NCBI GenBank assembly: GCA_023137275.1
Contig: JAGLPO010000006.1
Span: 1-47,369, forward strand
DNA: 47,369 nucleotides
Reading direction: 5' to 3'
DNA from: Candidatus Parcubacteria bacterium
Lineage (GTDB): Bacteria > Patescibacteriota > Patescibacteriia > Patescibacteriales > UBA12075
The position numbers and the translations under genes were made by a program. Positions 32,410 through 41,600 of this stretch are shown piece after piece. The notes beneath the pieces were generated by a model. The model was given only the letters and a program-made list of their open reading frames with translations. It had not been told where the DNA came from and made no database searches. Position 1 is the first letter of the stretch; every line of letters begins with the position of its first letter.

Positions 32410-33660
32410 ATGTATAAAAAAATAAAAATTTATCTTTATGGTATTCTACGCAAGTCTGAAAAATGGACGCATACTGATATGGTGTATTTAGCCAAAGGCG
32501 CCTACTGGCTGACAATCGCCAATATCATCTCCAGCGTTTCGGCTTTCTTGTTGTCAATTGCTTTTGCCAACCTTTTGCTTAAAGAAACTTATGGCCTCTA
32601 TACTTTTATTTTATCAATAGTAGGAATTTTAACTATCCCGACAATGGCAGGAATTAACACGGCTTTAACCAGCTCAGTAGCGCGCGGTTTTGAGGGGTCT
32701 GTTATCCCAGCACTTAAAACCAGAATTAAATGGGGATTATTAGGCGGCTTGGCCAGTATTGCTGTTGCCGGATATTATTTTATTAATGACAATATCACTC
32801 TAACAATTTGTTTTCTTATTGGCGGTATCTTTATCCCTTTAATGAACCCTTTAACTGTTTATGGCTCTTTTTTGGCAGGAAAAAAACTTTTTAAAGAATC
32901 TTCCTTTTTTAGCAGTATCACAAAAATAGTTGCCGCCGCACTGATGATCGCTACGCTTTTTATTACCAGTAATATTTTCATTATCATTCTGGTGTATTTT
33001 TCTTCCTATACATTTATGCGTTTGTTAATTTTATTTATAATACTAAAACGGCATAAAACCAATGATAAAAAAGAAGCAGACACAATCTCTTATGGCAAAC
33101 ACTTAACTGTAATGAACGTATTTGGGACAATCGTAAACCAGCTTGATAAATTATTAATGTGGCACTTCCTTGGCGCGACCCAGCTAGCTATTTACGTACT
33201 CGCCTTAGCGCCAACCGCCCAAATAAGATCCTTCCTTGATGTTGCCAAGCCTTTGGCTTTCCCAAAACTGTCAACCCAAGACGGTAAGGTGCTAAAGAAA
33301 ACGCTACCGATTAAGATGATCAAATTACTGCTAATAATTATCTTAATAGTTGTTGCTTTCTGTTTTGTTGCTCCGTACTTATATCATTTGTTTTTCCCCA
33401 AATACCTTGAGTCAATAGGTTTCGCCCAATTCTATATTCTTATCCTTCTTTTTTACCCGCAAAAATTCATGGGGCAGGCCTTAACCGCGCATAAAAAAAA
33501 GCGCGCTCTCTATATGATTGCTACAATTAATCCGATTGTTAAACTTGCTCTATTAATAACATTAATTCCGCTTTATGGAATAAACGGCGCTATTGCGGCC
33601 CAAATTCTGCCTTTATCAGTGAATACTGTTCTTGCATCCTACTACTTTAAAAAAATCTAA
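32410..33660 (+). CDS. Polysaccharide flippase (Wzx / MOP superfamily)
   Basis: About 416 aa and polytopic throughout. I prefer the start at MYKKIKIY (32410), because the ORF-track N-terminus runs through the inverted-repeat segment. Confidence 0.6.
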   Translation: MYKKIKIYLYGILRKSEKWTHTDMVYLAKGAYWLTIANIISSVSAFLLSIAFANLLLKETYGLYTFILSIVGILTIPTMAGINTALTSSVARGFEGSVIPALKTRIKWGLLGGLASIAVAGYYFINDNITLTICFLIGGIFIPLMNPLTVYGSFLAGKKLFKESSFFSSITKIVAAALMIATLFITSNIFIIILVYFSSYTFMRLLILFIILKRHKTNDKKEADTISYGKHLTVMNVFGTIVNQLDKLLMWHFLGATQLAIYVLALAPTAQIRSFLDVAKPLAFPKLSTQDGKVLKKTLPIKMIKLLLIIILIVVAFCFVAPYLYHLFFPKYLESIGFAQFYILILLFYPQKFMGQALTAHKKKRALYMIATINPIVKLALLITLIPLYGINGAIAAQILPLSVNTVLASYYFKKI

Positions 33661-34361
33661 ATTTTCTTAAAAACAAATTGTACACCCGACCATGGGTAAT
33701 TGAACTCATTATTAATTATCAGTTCAAAACCATGATTTTTTATTTTTTCAATAATAATTTTATTATCATCCCAAGCTATCGCTTCAAAGTTTCTTTTTAA
33801 CCCACTAGGATTACTGTCGCCTTTGCAAAGTTCAAGAATAAATAAACCTTTATCTTTTAATACCCTTTTTGTCTCTCTTATCAATTTGTCAACCTCCAAG
33901 GAATGATCAAGGGAATTATTAAAAACTACATCAACACAACTATTGGGATATTGAATATTATGAAAATCACCATGTACTACGTATTTATTACTTTTTCCAG
34001 GATTAAGGTCTATACCTACGGCAAAGCAACCTAAATCTATAAAAGATTTTACCTCTGTACCGATTCTGGCTGCCAGACATAGTACATTCATGCTGGATGT
34101 AATTAAACCGATACCCTTAAGCCTTTCTCTCAACACCTTCCTATATTTTATATCATATTCATTCAAAGTATTACTATTAATCCGGCTTAATTTTGAAGCT
34201 TGATGTTTTACGTATTGGCTATAATTTTTATATTTTTTTCTCAATAACCCAACATCTTCAATTTTTTCAACATCAAACCTCCATTTTTTCCTATTTTTAA
34301 TAATTCCAATAATTGATACTGGGTTTTTTATTATACTGATTATTTTTTTTATTTTTATCAT
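33657..34361 (-). CDS. SAM-dependent methyltransferase-like protein
   Basis: VLCLAARIGTEVKSFIDLGCFAVGIDLNP, plus VDVVFNNSLDH and VLKDKGLFILE. A Rossmann MT pattern with a weaker motif I. Confidence 0.55.
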   Translation of the reverse strand: MIKIKKIISIIKNPVSIIGIIKNRKKWRFDVEKIEDVGLLRKKYKNYSQYVKHQASKLSRINSNTLNEYDIKYRKVLRERLKGIGLITSSMNVLCLAARIGTEVKSFIDLGCFAVGIDLNPGKSNKYVVHGDFHNIQYPNSCVDVVFNNSLDHSLEVDKLIRETKRVLKDKGLFILELCKGDSNPSGLKRNFEAIAWDDNKIIIEKIKNHGFELIINNEFNYPWSGVQFVFKKI

Positions 34362-34523
34362 AATTGATAAGTAATTATTTTATAGCATAAACTATAAATC
34401 CAGAAGGGACAGTTGTTTTCTTATTTATATATATTTTCTGCCCAATCTGGCAATCAGAGGATTAGGCAGTCTTGCAAATACTTTTGCTTTGCCTTTTGAT
34501 AATCTGCCGGATGTTAATATTCC

Positions 34524-35024
34524 TCAAATTGCTTGAAATTTATTTCCATGATGAAATATTTCTACATGTTCAAAATCTTTAAATAAATGATTCAAAGAGT
34601 CCCATGTAAACCTATAATAATCTTTTGAATCTGGATGATACTGATATATAAACACAGTTGACAAAATACATACACCGCCTTTCTTTAATATCCGATATAT
34701 TTCGGAAACAGCCCTTTGCGGATCGTATACATGTTCAAGAACTTCAGTTGAAATCACAGTATCAAAATAATTAGATTCCCACTGTACATTATGTAAATCG
34801 CAACATATATCAGGCTGGCTATCTGGGTTTAGATCCAATCTCATATATTTAGTGTGCGGCACATATCTTTTTAAAGGAGAGCTTCCGGATCCAAAATCTA
34901 ACACAACTCCTGGCTTCAATCTTTTAAACTGAATACGTAATAAATGTATGGTATTTATCCAGTGAACTGTGCCAAAACGCACATGCGGCAATATATATTT
35001 TCGAATTAATTTCCTAATAATCAT
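34524..35024 (-). CDS. Class I SAM-dependent methyltransferase (short)
   Basis: VLDFGSGSSP, FDTVISTEVLEHV, ILKKGGVCIL; 166 aa. Confidence 0.7.
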   Translation of the reverse strand: MIIRKLIRKYILPHVRFGTVHWINTIHLLRIQFKRLKPGVVLDFGSGSSPLKRYVPHTKYMRLDLNPDSQPDICCDLHNVQWESNYFDTVISTEVLEHVYDPQRAVSEIYRILKKGGVCILSTVFIYQYHPDSKDYYRFTWDSLNHLFKDFEHVEIFHHGNKFQAI

Positions 35025-35068
35025 TTTATTTGTTTATTTTAAATTCACATTAATTTTTTAGTATTTAT

Positions 35069-35998
35069 TTACTCCGGTTTCTTTGTTTTTATTACTTTTG
35101 TAAATAATTTTGGAAAAAATAAAAATAAAAATTTTAAAAATGAATTTCGGGCCTTTTTACCGGTTATCTTGCAATTCTTAAAAGTTTTAAAATAATATCT
35201 CCTTGAATTTTTATAATCCTCTTTAAAACGATAGCATTCTGCCAAGGCATAATACTGCTCAGCTAACGCTCTGGGTCTTTTTTCTAAAATCTTTTTATGT
35301 TTATTTATAAAATACATCTTGCCCCGAATCCTTCTGTCCATATCAGTCCCCATTCTTTCTCCATGAGCTCCTTTCATTCTAACTAAAATATCTTCCATTG
35401 AATAGCCCCATTCCTTACCACCCATCCGATATAACAGATCCATTTCCTGGTTAGCCGGAGTATTATTGTCAAAGCCGCCCACTCTATCAAGAACATCTTT
35501 TTTCACCATCAAAGTGGAAGTAATAGGCTTAATTTGAAAAGTAATAATATGCTCATAATAATTAGCTAGGCCGAAAAGCTTAGCTTTTCTTTGATATATT
35601 TCTTTGGTTTTCGTGTTATAAAATTCTACTCCGCAAAATACATAAGAAATTTTATCACCGTATTTATCAATTATTTCCTTTTTCTTTTCCAGATATTCTG
35701 AAAACCACTCATCATCATCATCTAAAAATGCTACCCATTCACCCTTTGCCACCTTTAGGGCGGTATTTTTGGCCACCGGACTGCCGTAGTTCTTATCATG
35801 CTGGATATAAGTTATTCTTTGATCATTAAATTCGCTAACTACTTTATTAGCTCGTTTTTTATCCCCGTCATCAACAATAATCACTTCAAAATTTTTATAA
35901 GTTTGTTTAAGAACGCTCTTAATGGTTTCACGCAGTAAATCAGGACGATTCCAAGTGGGAAGTAAAATACTAAAAAATAGTTTTTTTTCTTCAGTCAT
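35069..35998 (-). CDS. Glycosyltransferase family 2
   Basis: FSILLPTWNRPDLLRETIKSVLKQTYKNFEVIIVDDG and a DDDDE acidic motif. Confidence 0.85.
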   Translation of the reverse strand: MTEEKKLFFSILLPTWNRPDLLRETIKSVLKQTYKNFEVIIVDDGDKKRANKVVSEFNDQRITYIQHDKNYGSPVAKNTALKVAKGEWVAFLDDDDEWFSEYLEKKKEIIDKYGDKISYVFCGVEFYNTKTKEIYQRKAKLFGLANYYEHIITFQIKPITSTLMVKKDVLDRVGGFDNNTPANQEMDLLYRMGGKEWGYSMEDILVRMKGAHGERMGTDMDRRIRGKMYFINKHKKILEKRPRALAEQYYALAECYRFKEDYKNSRRYYFKTFKNCKITGKKARNSFLKFLFLFFPKLFTKVIKTKKPE

Positions 35999-37306
35999 TT
36001 ATTTTAAATGCAAGTGATGCTTAAAAAATTCATTATTCCTGGAGTCTCCCGGGATATAGACAAATTTAAAATTATTTTTCCAGGCAACGTAATTAAAACT
36101 TAATTGATCCCGCCGGCTCCACTGTTCAATTTCCTTCCACCAATCCTCCATGGTTTTTACTACATCAGCTTCATTGTGCTTACGCACTAAAATCATGCCG
36201 GATATTAATCCATTACGCTCCGGGTAGCCCTGCTTACGATAATAATCTACTTGTTTTTGCATTAATTCTGGTTCGTCTTTATAACTGCCTTTTTTAGTTA
36301 AACGGATACATTGTTTGGCTTCTTCATAAATACAATCCCAGGAATCATATAAATTCTTATGGTCAAAAGTTGCCATATTTTTTTTATCCAAATATTGATC
36401 AATCAATTTATTCAGGTCTCCTTGCACTTTCAGATTACCATCGGCAAATATGCTATATTCGTATTCACTTAAATATTTATGCGGCAGTATTTTATAGATC
36501 TTCGCCGCCCGAGCCGGGTCTTTATGGCTTGGCGCGACTTTTTTTATCTGCCAAACCTTTGATTTAAAATCCTGGTCAGTAAAACAAATATAATCAAAAT
36601 TGTCTGAGACATGCTTCGGTTCCATTAACTTATCCTTGTTGCCAAAAATAGTAGTATACATCACGCGGTTCTTTCTCTTTACTTTGACTATCATTTGGTA
36701 AGCAAAGAGCTGGGGCCGCAACCCGGCAATCAGGCAAGGTATCTTTGGATGATAAATATGATTTTCCTCTGTAACATAAAATCCATTAGCTGATAATTCT
36801 TTTTTAAGCGAATTGTAAGTATAAAAATGAACATGTCCCTCGTCCCAAAAACCTGTTTTATGATATTCAAATTGCCCAAAAAGCATTCGCAACCGCAATG
36901 TCCACATGAGAAAATTCGGGGTAGTAATTATCAGTTCGCCATCGCTTGTTAAATATTTCTTGATTTTATCAAGAAAAACTGCTGGCTGAAATAAATGCTC
37001 TATCAACTCGCTTACAATTATTAAGTCATAATCGTTGTCAATTTCAGCCCAATCAGTAGATTCCACATCCAAATAAACTGCCTTATCAAGAACTTTTTTT
37101 GCTTTTTCCAAAGCCGACTCAGAGATATCACAGCCATGGACAATGGCGCCAAATTTTTTTAGCTCCTCGCCCAAACGGCCGTTGCCACAACCAATATCCA
37201 ACACTTTTTTATTCTTTAATTCACCTGCCAACTCAATAACTTTCAATATTCTCGCATTACTGACGCCATAGCCACTTTTTTTATTATAATATTCTTTTAC
37301 ATTCAT
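35999..37306 (-). CDS. Fusion protein: N-terminal class I methyltransferase plus a C-terminal DUF616-type putative glycosyltransferase domain
   Basis: VLDIGCGNGRLG and LIIVSELIEHL in the first ~200 aa. After that, the YTTIFGNKDKL...FTD... region resembles DUF616. Confidence 0.6.
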   Translation of the reverse strand: MNVKEYYNKKSGYGVSNARILKVIELAGELKNKKVLDIGCGNGRLGEELKKFGAIVHGCDISESALEKAKKVLDKAVYLDVESTDWAEIDNDYDLIIVSELIEHLFQPAVFLDKIKKYLTSDGELIITTPNFLMWTLRLRMLFGQFEYHKTGFWDEGHVHFYTYNSLKKELSANGFYVTEENHIYHPKIPCLIAGLRPQLFAYQMIVKVKRKNRVMYTTIFGNKDKLMEPKHVSDNFDYICFTDQDFKSKVWQIKKVAPSHKDPARAAKIYKILPHKYLSEYEYSIFADGNLKVQGDLNKLIDQYLDKKNMATFDHKNLYDSWDCIYEEAKQCIRLTKKGSYKDEPELMQKQVDYYRKQGYPERNGLISGMILVRKHNEADVVKTMEDWWKEIEQWSRRDQLSFNYVAWKNNFKFVYIPGDSRNNEFFKHHLHLK

Positions 37307-37310
37307 TTGT

Positions 37311-38306
37311 TTAGCGCCATGCCTTTGGTAAATTTTTATTTATCTCAATATTATCAAAATACTGGCTTTGCTTAACCCCTTCCTTTTTAGCCCACTCTGC
37401 CATACTTCTTGTTCCATCCTCAAGGCTTGTCTTTATTTCAAGACCAAGAATTTCTTGCGCCAGAGAATGGTCAGAATATGCCTCAACTACTTCATTCCTT
37501 GCCTCTACATTGACTACATTATGCTCTACCCCCATTGCCTTAGCCACATATTTTGTTAGCTGATTAACAGTATAAGGTTTATCAGCGCCAATGTTAAATA
37601 TTTTTTCATACGCATGCAAATTAAACGCGGCCTTAGCCATAACCGGAGCAATGTCATTGATATGAGTAAAGGCGCGTTTTTGCTCACCATCGCCGAATAT
37701 TGTCATTGGCTTGTTCTGCATAATTTGATTCATAAATATGCCGATCACATTACGATATTTGTCGCCAACGTTTTGCCGCTCGCCATATACGTTGTGAGGG
37801 CGAAAAATAATATAATCCAGGCCGAATAATTCCTTAGTAATTTTTAATTCCTGCTCAACGGCATATTTGGCTATACCATAAGAATCTTCAGGTATTGGGG
37901 TCATATCTTCCTTCATTGGCAATTGGTTTGAGCCATACACGGCAATAGAAGAAGTAAAAAGAAAGCACTTTACGCCATAGTTGACCGAAGCATTTATCAA
38001 ATTAACGCTTCCTATTAAATTATTTTCATAATTAAATCGTTTAATGAAATGACTAAGCCCTTCAGCCGCGTAAGCCGCTAAATGGTACACATAATTGAAT
38101 TTATTCTTCTCAAATAATTCATTTATTAGCTTATAATCGCCAATACTGCCTTTGATAAATTCGGCTTTAGGGTTAACATTATTGGCAAACCCGCCGCTCA
38201 AATCATCAAGCACGGTTACTATGTGGCCCATTTTAATTAATTCGTCGGCAATGTGGGAGCCCATAAACCCTGCGCCCCCTGTTACCAAAATTCTTGCTTT
38301 TTCCAT
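37311..38306 (-). CDS. NAD-dependent nucleotide-sugar epimerase/dehydratase (SDR family)
   Basis: ILVTGGAGFMGSH glycine-rich loop and the YGIAK (YxxxK) catalytic motif. Confidence 0.85.
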   Translation of the reverse strand: MEKARILVTGGAGFMGSHIADELIKMGHIVTVLDDLSGGFANNVNPKAEFIKGSIGDYKLINELFEKNKFNYVYHLAAYAAEGLSHFIKRFNYENNLIGSVNLINASVNYGVKCFLFTSSIAVYGSNQLPMKEDMTPIPEDSYGIAKYAVEQELKITKELFGLDYIIFRPHNVYGERQNVGDKYRNVIGIFMNQIMQNKPMTIFGDGEQKRAFTHINDIAPVMAKAAFNLHAYEKIFNIGADKPYTVNQLTKYVAKAMGVEHNVVNVEARNEVVEAYSDHSLAQEILGLEIKTSLEDGTRSMAEWAKKEGVKQSQYFDNIEINKNLPKAWR

Positions 38307-38310
38307 ACAA

Positions 38311-39378
38311 TTATTTTTCTATAATATTAATTATTAATTCTTTTAACTGCTTACCCAAAACAGCGGGGGTGGCATTGTTATTAAACTTATTAAATCCATT
38401 AGCAGAAATTTTTTCTTGAAGCGGCTTGTTGTTTGCTAATTGTCTGATTCCTTTCGCTAAACCAGTCTCATCACTAATATTAACAAGCATCATATCATCG
38501 TCAGTAAATAATTCACGTATTGCCACTGTGTCAGCGGTAACTACCGGTCTTTTCATGGCTAAACATTCATAGACTTTATTAGGTATTACTCGTTTTGTTT
38601 TATTGGTATTGCCAAATATACCTAAACATATATCAGCCCTAGCTGTTTCATCACGTATTACCTCCGGCGGTGACTTAGATATAAATGTAATATTATTAAC
38701 CAATAAATCACGGGCTAATTTTTCCATCTCTGTATATTTTTGGCCTCCGCCAATTAAAATTATATCAACAGGATCATTAACCAACAATTTCGCGGCTTTT
38801 ATAATGTACTGAATTCCTTGCAACGGAATATATGTACCGAAAAATAAAACCCGGGTTCTTTGTGAATTATTTGTTGGCCGCGGTAATGGATAATAAATAT
38901 CAGGAGAAGCGCCGATATAAAAACGCGCGAACTTTTCTTTTTTTATTTTATATTCATTAACAAAATATTTAATATGCTCGTTTGTATCAAGTAGTACCTT
39001 ATCAGCCATAAAACAGCTTAACCAATCAAAAAAGTGTAATATCCTTGCCTTTAAGCTGTTTTTTCGTACTGTTTGCCGGTCAAAAACATTAGAGTCATAC
39101 ATTGAGGTAAAAGCGTCAAAAATTATTTTCTTCCTGCAAAGCAACTTAGCTAAAGGAACCAGATAATGCCCGGGAAACGCAACCAGCATAATATCATATT
39201 TATCTCTTACTGCTCTATGTTTTTTTATTAAATCAAATATTTTTTTAAAGCCAGTCACTTTACTCCTACATTCTATCACTTTCACCCCATTCTCTTCCAG
39301 GCCGCGCATCAATACCCTATTTCGGGAATATTCCGGATCATAGACACCAAAAAAACAAACTGTTATTCTTTTTTGCAT
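38311..39378 (-). CDS. Glycosyltransferase (GT-B fold, GT4/GT1-like)
   Basis: 355 aa with a two-domain Rossmann pattern. C-terminal NKVYECLAMKRPVVTADT is analogous to the GT4 E-x7-E region. Confidence 0.6.
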   Translation of the reverse strand: MQKRITVCFFGVYDPEYSRNRVLMRGLEENGVKVIECRSKVTGFKKIFDLIKKHRAVRDKYDIMLVAFPGHYLVPLAKLLCRKKIIFDAFTSMYDSNVFDRQTVRKNSLKARILHFFDWLSCFMADKVLLDTNEHIKYFVNEYKIKKEKFARFYIGASPDIYYPLPRPTNNSQRTRVLFFGTYIPLQGIQYIIKAAKLLVNDPVDIILIGGGQKYTEMEKLARDLLVNNITFISKSPPEVIRDETARADICLGIFGNTNKTKRVIPNKVYECLAMKRPVVTADTVAIRELFTDDDMMLVNISDETGLAKGIRQLANNKPLQEKISANGFNKFNNNATPAVLGKQLKELIINIIEK

Positions 39379-40073
39379 TTACAAAAATTAAATTTTATTA
39401 TACACCAAATCGCTGATACCCCGTCTTTCCAATTTACTTTCTTGCCTTCCTCGTAAGTTCGGCCGGAGTAGGAAATTCCCACTTCATAAATCCGTAATTT
39501 ATTTTTAGCCAGCAGCGCGGTAATTTCCGGTTCAATGCCAAAACGGTTAGAGCTTAACTTGGGTAATATTATATCCAAAGCCTTGCGGTTCATGGCCTTG
39601 TAGCAGGTTTCCATATCAGTTAAATTCAAGTTGGTGCACATATTTGAAAAAAGCGTTAACATCCGGTTGCCCAGATAATGCCAAAAATATAAAACCCGGT
39701 GAGGCTTGCTGGAGATAAAGCGCGAGCCATAGACAGCGTCAGCCTTGCCTGCCAGTATCGGGGCGATCATCTCTTTATATTCCTTTGGATCATATTCAAG
39801 ATCCGCGTCCTGAACTATAACAATATCACCGGTCGCGATAGCAAAGCCAGCCCTGATTGCCGCGCCCTTGCCCTGGTTTTTCTCTTTGAATATAACTTTA
39901 TAACGGTCTTGATATTTTTTTAATATTTCCCTGCTGCCGTCAATGGAACCGTCATCAATAAGCACCAGCTCTTTGGCAATATTATCTAAATTAACCGCTT
40001 CCACTCTTTTGATCAACTCTTCAACAGTATCTGCTTCATTATATATTGGAATAATTATAGATAACTTTTGCAT
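39363..40073 (-). CDS. Glycosyltransferase family 2 (DPM1/DPG-synthase-like, soluble)
   Basis: LSIIIPIYNEADTV...LIDDGSIDGS...VIVQDADLEYDP. Confidence 0.85.
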   Translation of the reverse strand: MQKLSIIIPIYNEADTVEELIKRVEAVNLDNIAKELVLIDDGSIDGSREILKKYQDRYKVIFKEKNQGKGAAIRAGFAIATGDIVIVQDADLEYDPKEYKEMIAPILAGKADAVYGSRFISSKPHRVLYFWHYLGNRMLTLFSNMCTNLNLTDMETCYKAMNRKALDIILPKLSSNRFGIEPEITALLAKNKLRIYEVGISYSGRTYEEGKKVNWKDGVSAIWCIIKFNFCKCKKE

Positions 40074-41149
40074 ATTATTTTAATCAACTTCTCCAAACTA
40101 TGATCATTTTTCACAATCTCTCTTAATTCTTTGCCTAATTCCAATCGCTTCTCCGGCAAAGTATTAATTATTTTTTCAATCCTCTTTGCCAACGCCTGAT
40201 AGTCCCCTTTATCATAAATCAAACCAGGATATTTACATAGCAAATCATTCTTAATTGCGTCATTGCATGAAATTACTAACAAACCACAAGCCATTGCCTC
40301 TAAAACAACCTTATCCAAACTGCCGGTCTGGCTGGCATGAATAAACAGATCAGCATCCTGATAATATTTAATAATATCTTTATTCGGTATTGGACCGACA
40401 AAATTAACTCTCTCCTCAAGCCCCTTTTCACCAACCAACTGCTTTAACTCCTTAAAATATTTCTCATCTTTCTCATCTAATGGCCCGCCGATAACGTCAA
40501 ATTTAACATTCTTAATCCTTTCCACTGCCTTAATCAAGGTTTTAATATCTTTAGATGGAGAAATCCTCCCAACGGTTATTAGCGTAAATTTTGAATTTTG
40601 AATTTTGAATTTTGAATCAATTTTTAATTCTGAATTTTTAATTTTTAATTTTTGATAATCAATCCCATGCCCGACAACTTTAACCTTTTTACTTGATAAT
40701 CTAAAACTCTCTTTAGAAGCCGTAAAAATAATATCAGTAAATTTTTCCGCGATTCGCAAATGCCAGGGAGCAGCCTTATGAGTCCACCATAAGGCAATTT
40801 TTTTTCTCATTAATTTCCAAAATATTCCCCCCAAAACCACATACTCCGAATTCATATGAACAAAAACCTTATCATAATTACATCTTTCAGAAATTATATA
40901 TTTATAAAATCTAATTATATATGAACATCTCAATAATAACCTGCCGTCTGTTGTCTGTTGTCTGTTGTCTAAGTTCTCTTTCCCTAAACTTAATACTTTC
41001 ACATTATCCGGTAAATCATATTCTCCTTTATATAAACATATTACAGTTAATTTTTCACAACGCGTGGCAAAAACACGCAACCAATCGTGAAAAAAACCCA
41101 AAATAGAGTCGTTTTTATCAACTTTTTGGGTAATAATTAATAATTTCAT
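40055..41149 (-). CDS. Glycosyltransferase family 4 carrying two in-frame short-repeat insertions
   Basis: C-terminal FIHASQTGSLDKVVLEAMACGLLVIS and VGRISPSKD motifs. The likely start, MKLLIITQKV at 41149, overlaps the upstream stop as TAATG. Confidence 0.8.
   Translation of the reverse strand: MKLLIITQKVDKNDSILGFFHDWLRVFATRCEKLTVICLYKGEYDLPDNVKVLSLGKENLDNRQQTTDGRLLLRCSYIIRFYKYIISERCNYDKVFVHMNSEYVVLGGIFWKLMRKKIALWWTHKAAPWHLRIAEKFTDIIFTASKESFRLSSKKVKVVGHGIDYQKLKIKNSELKIDSKFKIQNSKFTLITVGRISPSKDIKTLIKAVERIKNVKFDVIGGPLDEKDEKYFKELKQLVGEKGLEERVNFVGPIPNKDIIKYYQDADLFIHASQTGSLDKVVLEAMACGLLVISCNDAIKNDLLCKYPGLIYDKGDYQALAKRIEKIINTLPEKRLELGKELREIVKNDHSLEKLIKIICKSYL
40587..40654. repeat. Heptamer tandem repeats (AATTTTG)x4 and (AATTTTT)x3 inside the GT4 gene
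   Basis: aattttgaattttgaattttgaattttg at 40587-40614 and aatttttaatttttaattttt at 40633-40653. They encode KIKNSELKIDSKFKIQNSKF. Confidence 0.9.
40941..40972. repeat. Heptamer repeat (YYGTCTG)n inside the GT4 gene
   Basis: ctgccgtctgttgtctgttgtctgttgtcta encodes DNRQQTTDGR. Confidence 0.9.
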
Positions 41150-41334
41150 TACTTCTTCCAATCCTTGATAATCAATTGTTTATTTTTCCTATCAATCTCT
41201 ACCTCTACCTTTTGTTTCTTTTGCCAATTAAATTCTCTGATTGCTTCAATCGGAAGGGTTAAGCTATAAGTTTTGCCATTGCCAACACGGTATAACTTGC
41301 GTATATTCCTGTTTTCTAATTTTTTCCTGGCCAT
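41149..41334 (-). CDS. AbrB/MazE/SpoVT-type small DNA-binding protein
   Basis: 61 aa. YRVGNGKTYSLTLPIEAIREFNWQKKQKVEVEIDRKNKQLIIKD fits the swapped-hairpin barrel pattern. It is the first gene of the minus-strand glycan operon. Confidence 0.6.
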   Translation of the reverse strand: MARKKLENRNIRKLYRVGNGKTYSLTLPIEAIREFNWQKKQKVEVEIDRKNKQLIIKDWKK

Positions 41335-41542
41335 AATTTTATGTATAGAGTTAACTCTAAACCTACAAGTTATACCCTAAAAGGGGCATTCTACGCCCAA
41401 AGGGCCTAACAGTAAACGAGAATATTCAAATTCCTTGACTGAAAAATAAATAAAAAATTACGCATAAAAACGTAATTTAATTAAACTTTAACCTATACAC
41501 ATTATACAATATTTGTCTTAAACAAAGCAATAGTCAGCGCCC

Positions 41543-41571
41543 TTGACATAAAATAAGTATTTGTGTACACT
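41543..41571 (+). promoter_or_regulatory. Putative promoter (TTGACA-17 nt-TACACT) with an overlapping palindrome, upstream of the TA pair
   Basis: TTGACA at 41543-41548, TACACT at 41566-41571. The palindrome tgtgta-cacttaaga-tacaca spans the -10 region. Confidence 0.45.
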
Positions 41572-41600
41572 TAAGATACACATAAATAATAAAAAAATAT

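Noticed and set aside
34362-34523. Possible decayed C-terminal part of the 166-aa methyltransferase in the 160-bp gap
   Set aside because: An alternative frame gives a short plausible peptide (GILTSGRLSKGKAKVF...), but it has no recognisable motif. I cannot distinguish it from noise without a homology search.
41457-41480. Hairpin attacg-cataaaaa-cgtaat upstream of the AbrB-like gene as a terminator
   Set aside because: The stem is a short 6-bp AT-rich one in a promoter region with no upstream gene to terminate. It is not convincing.
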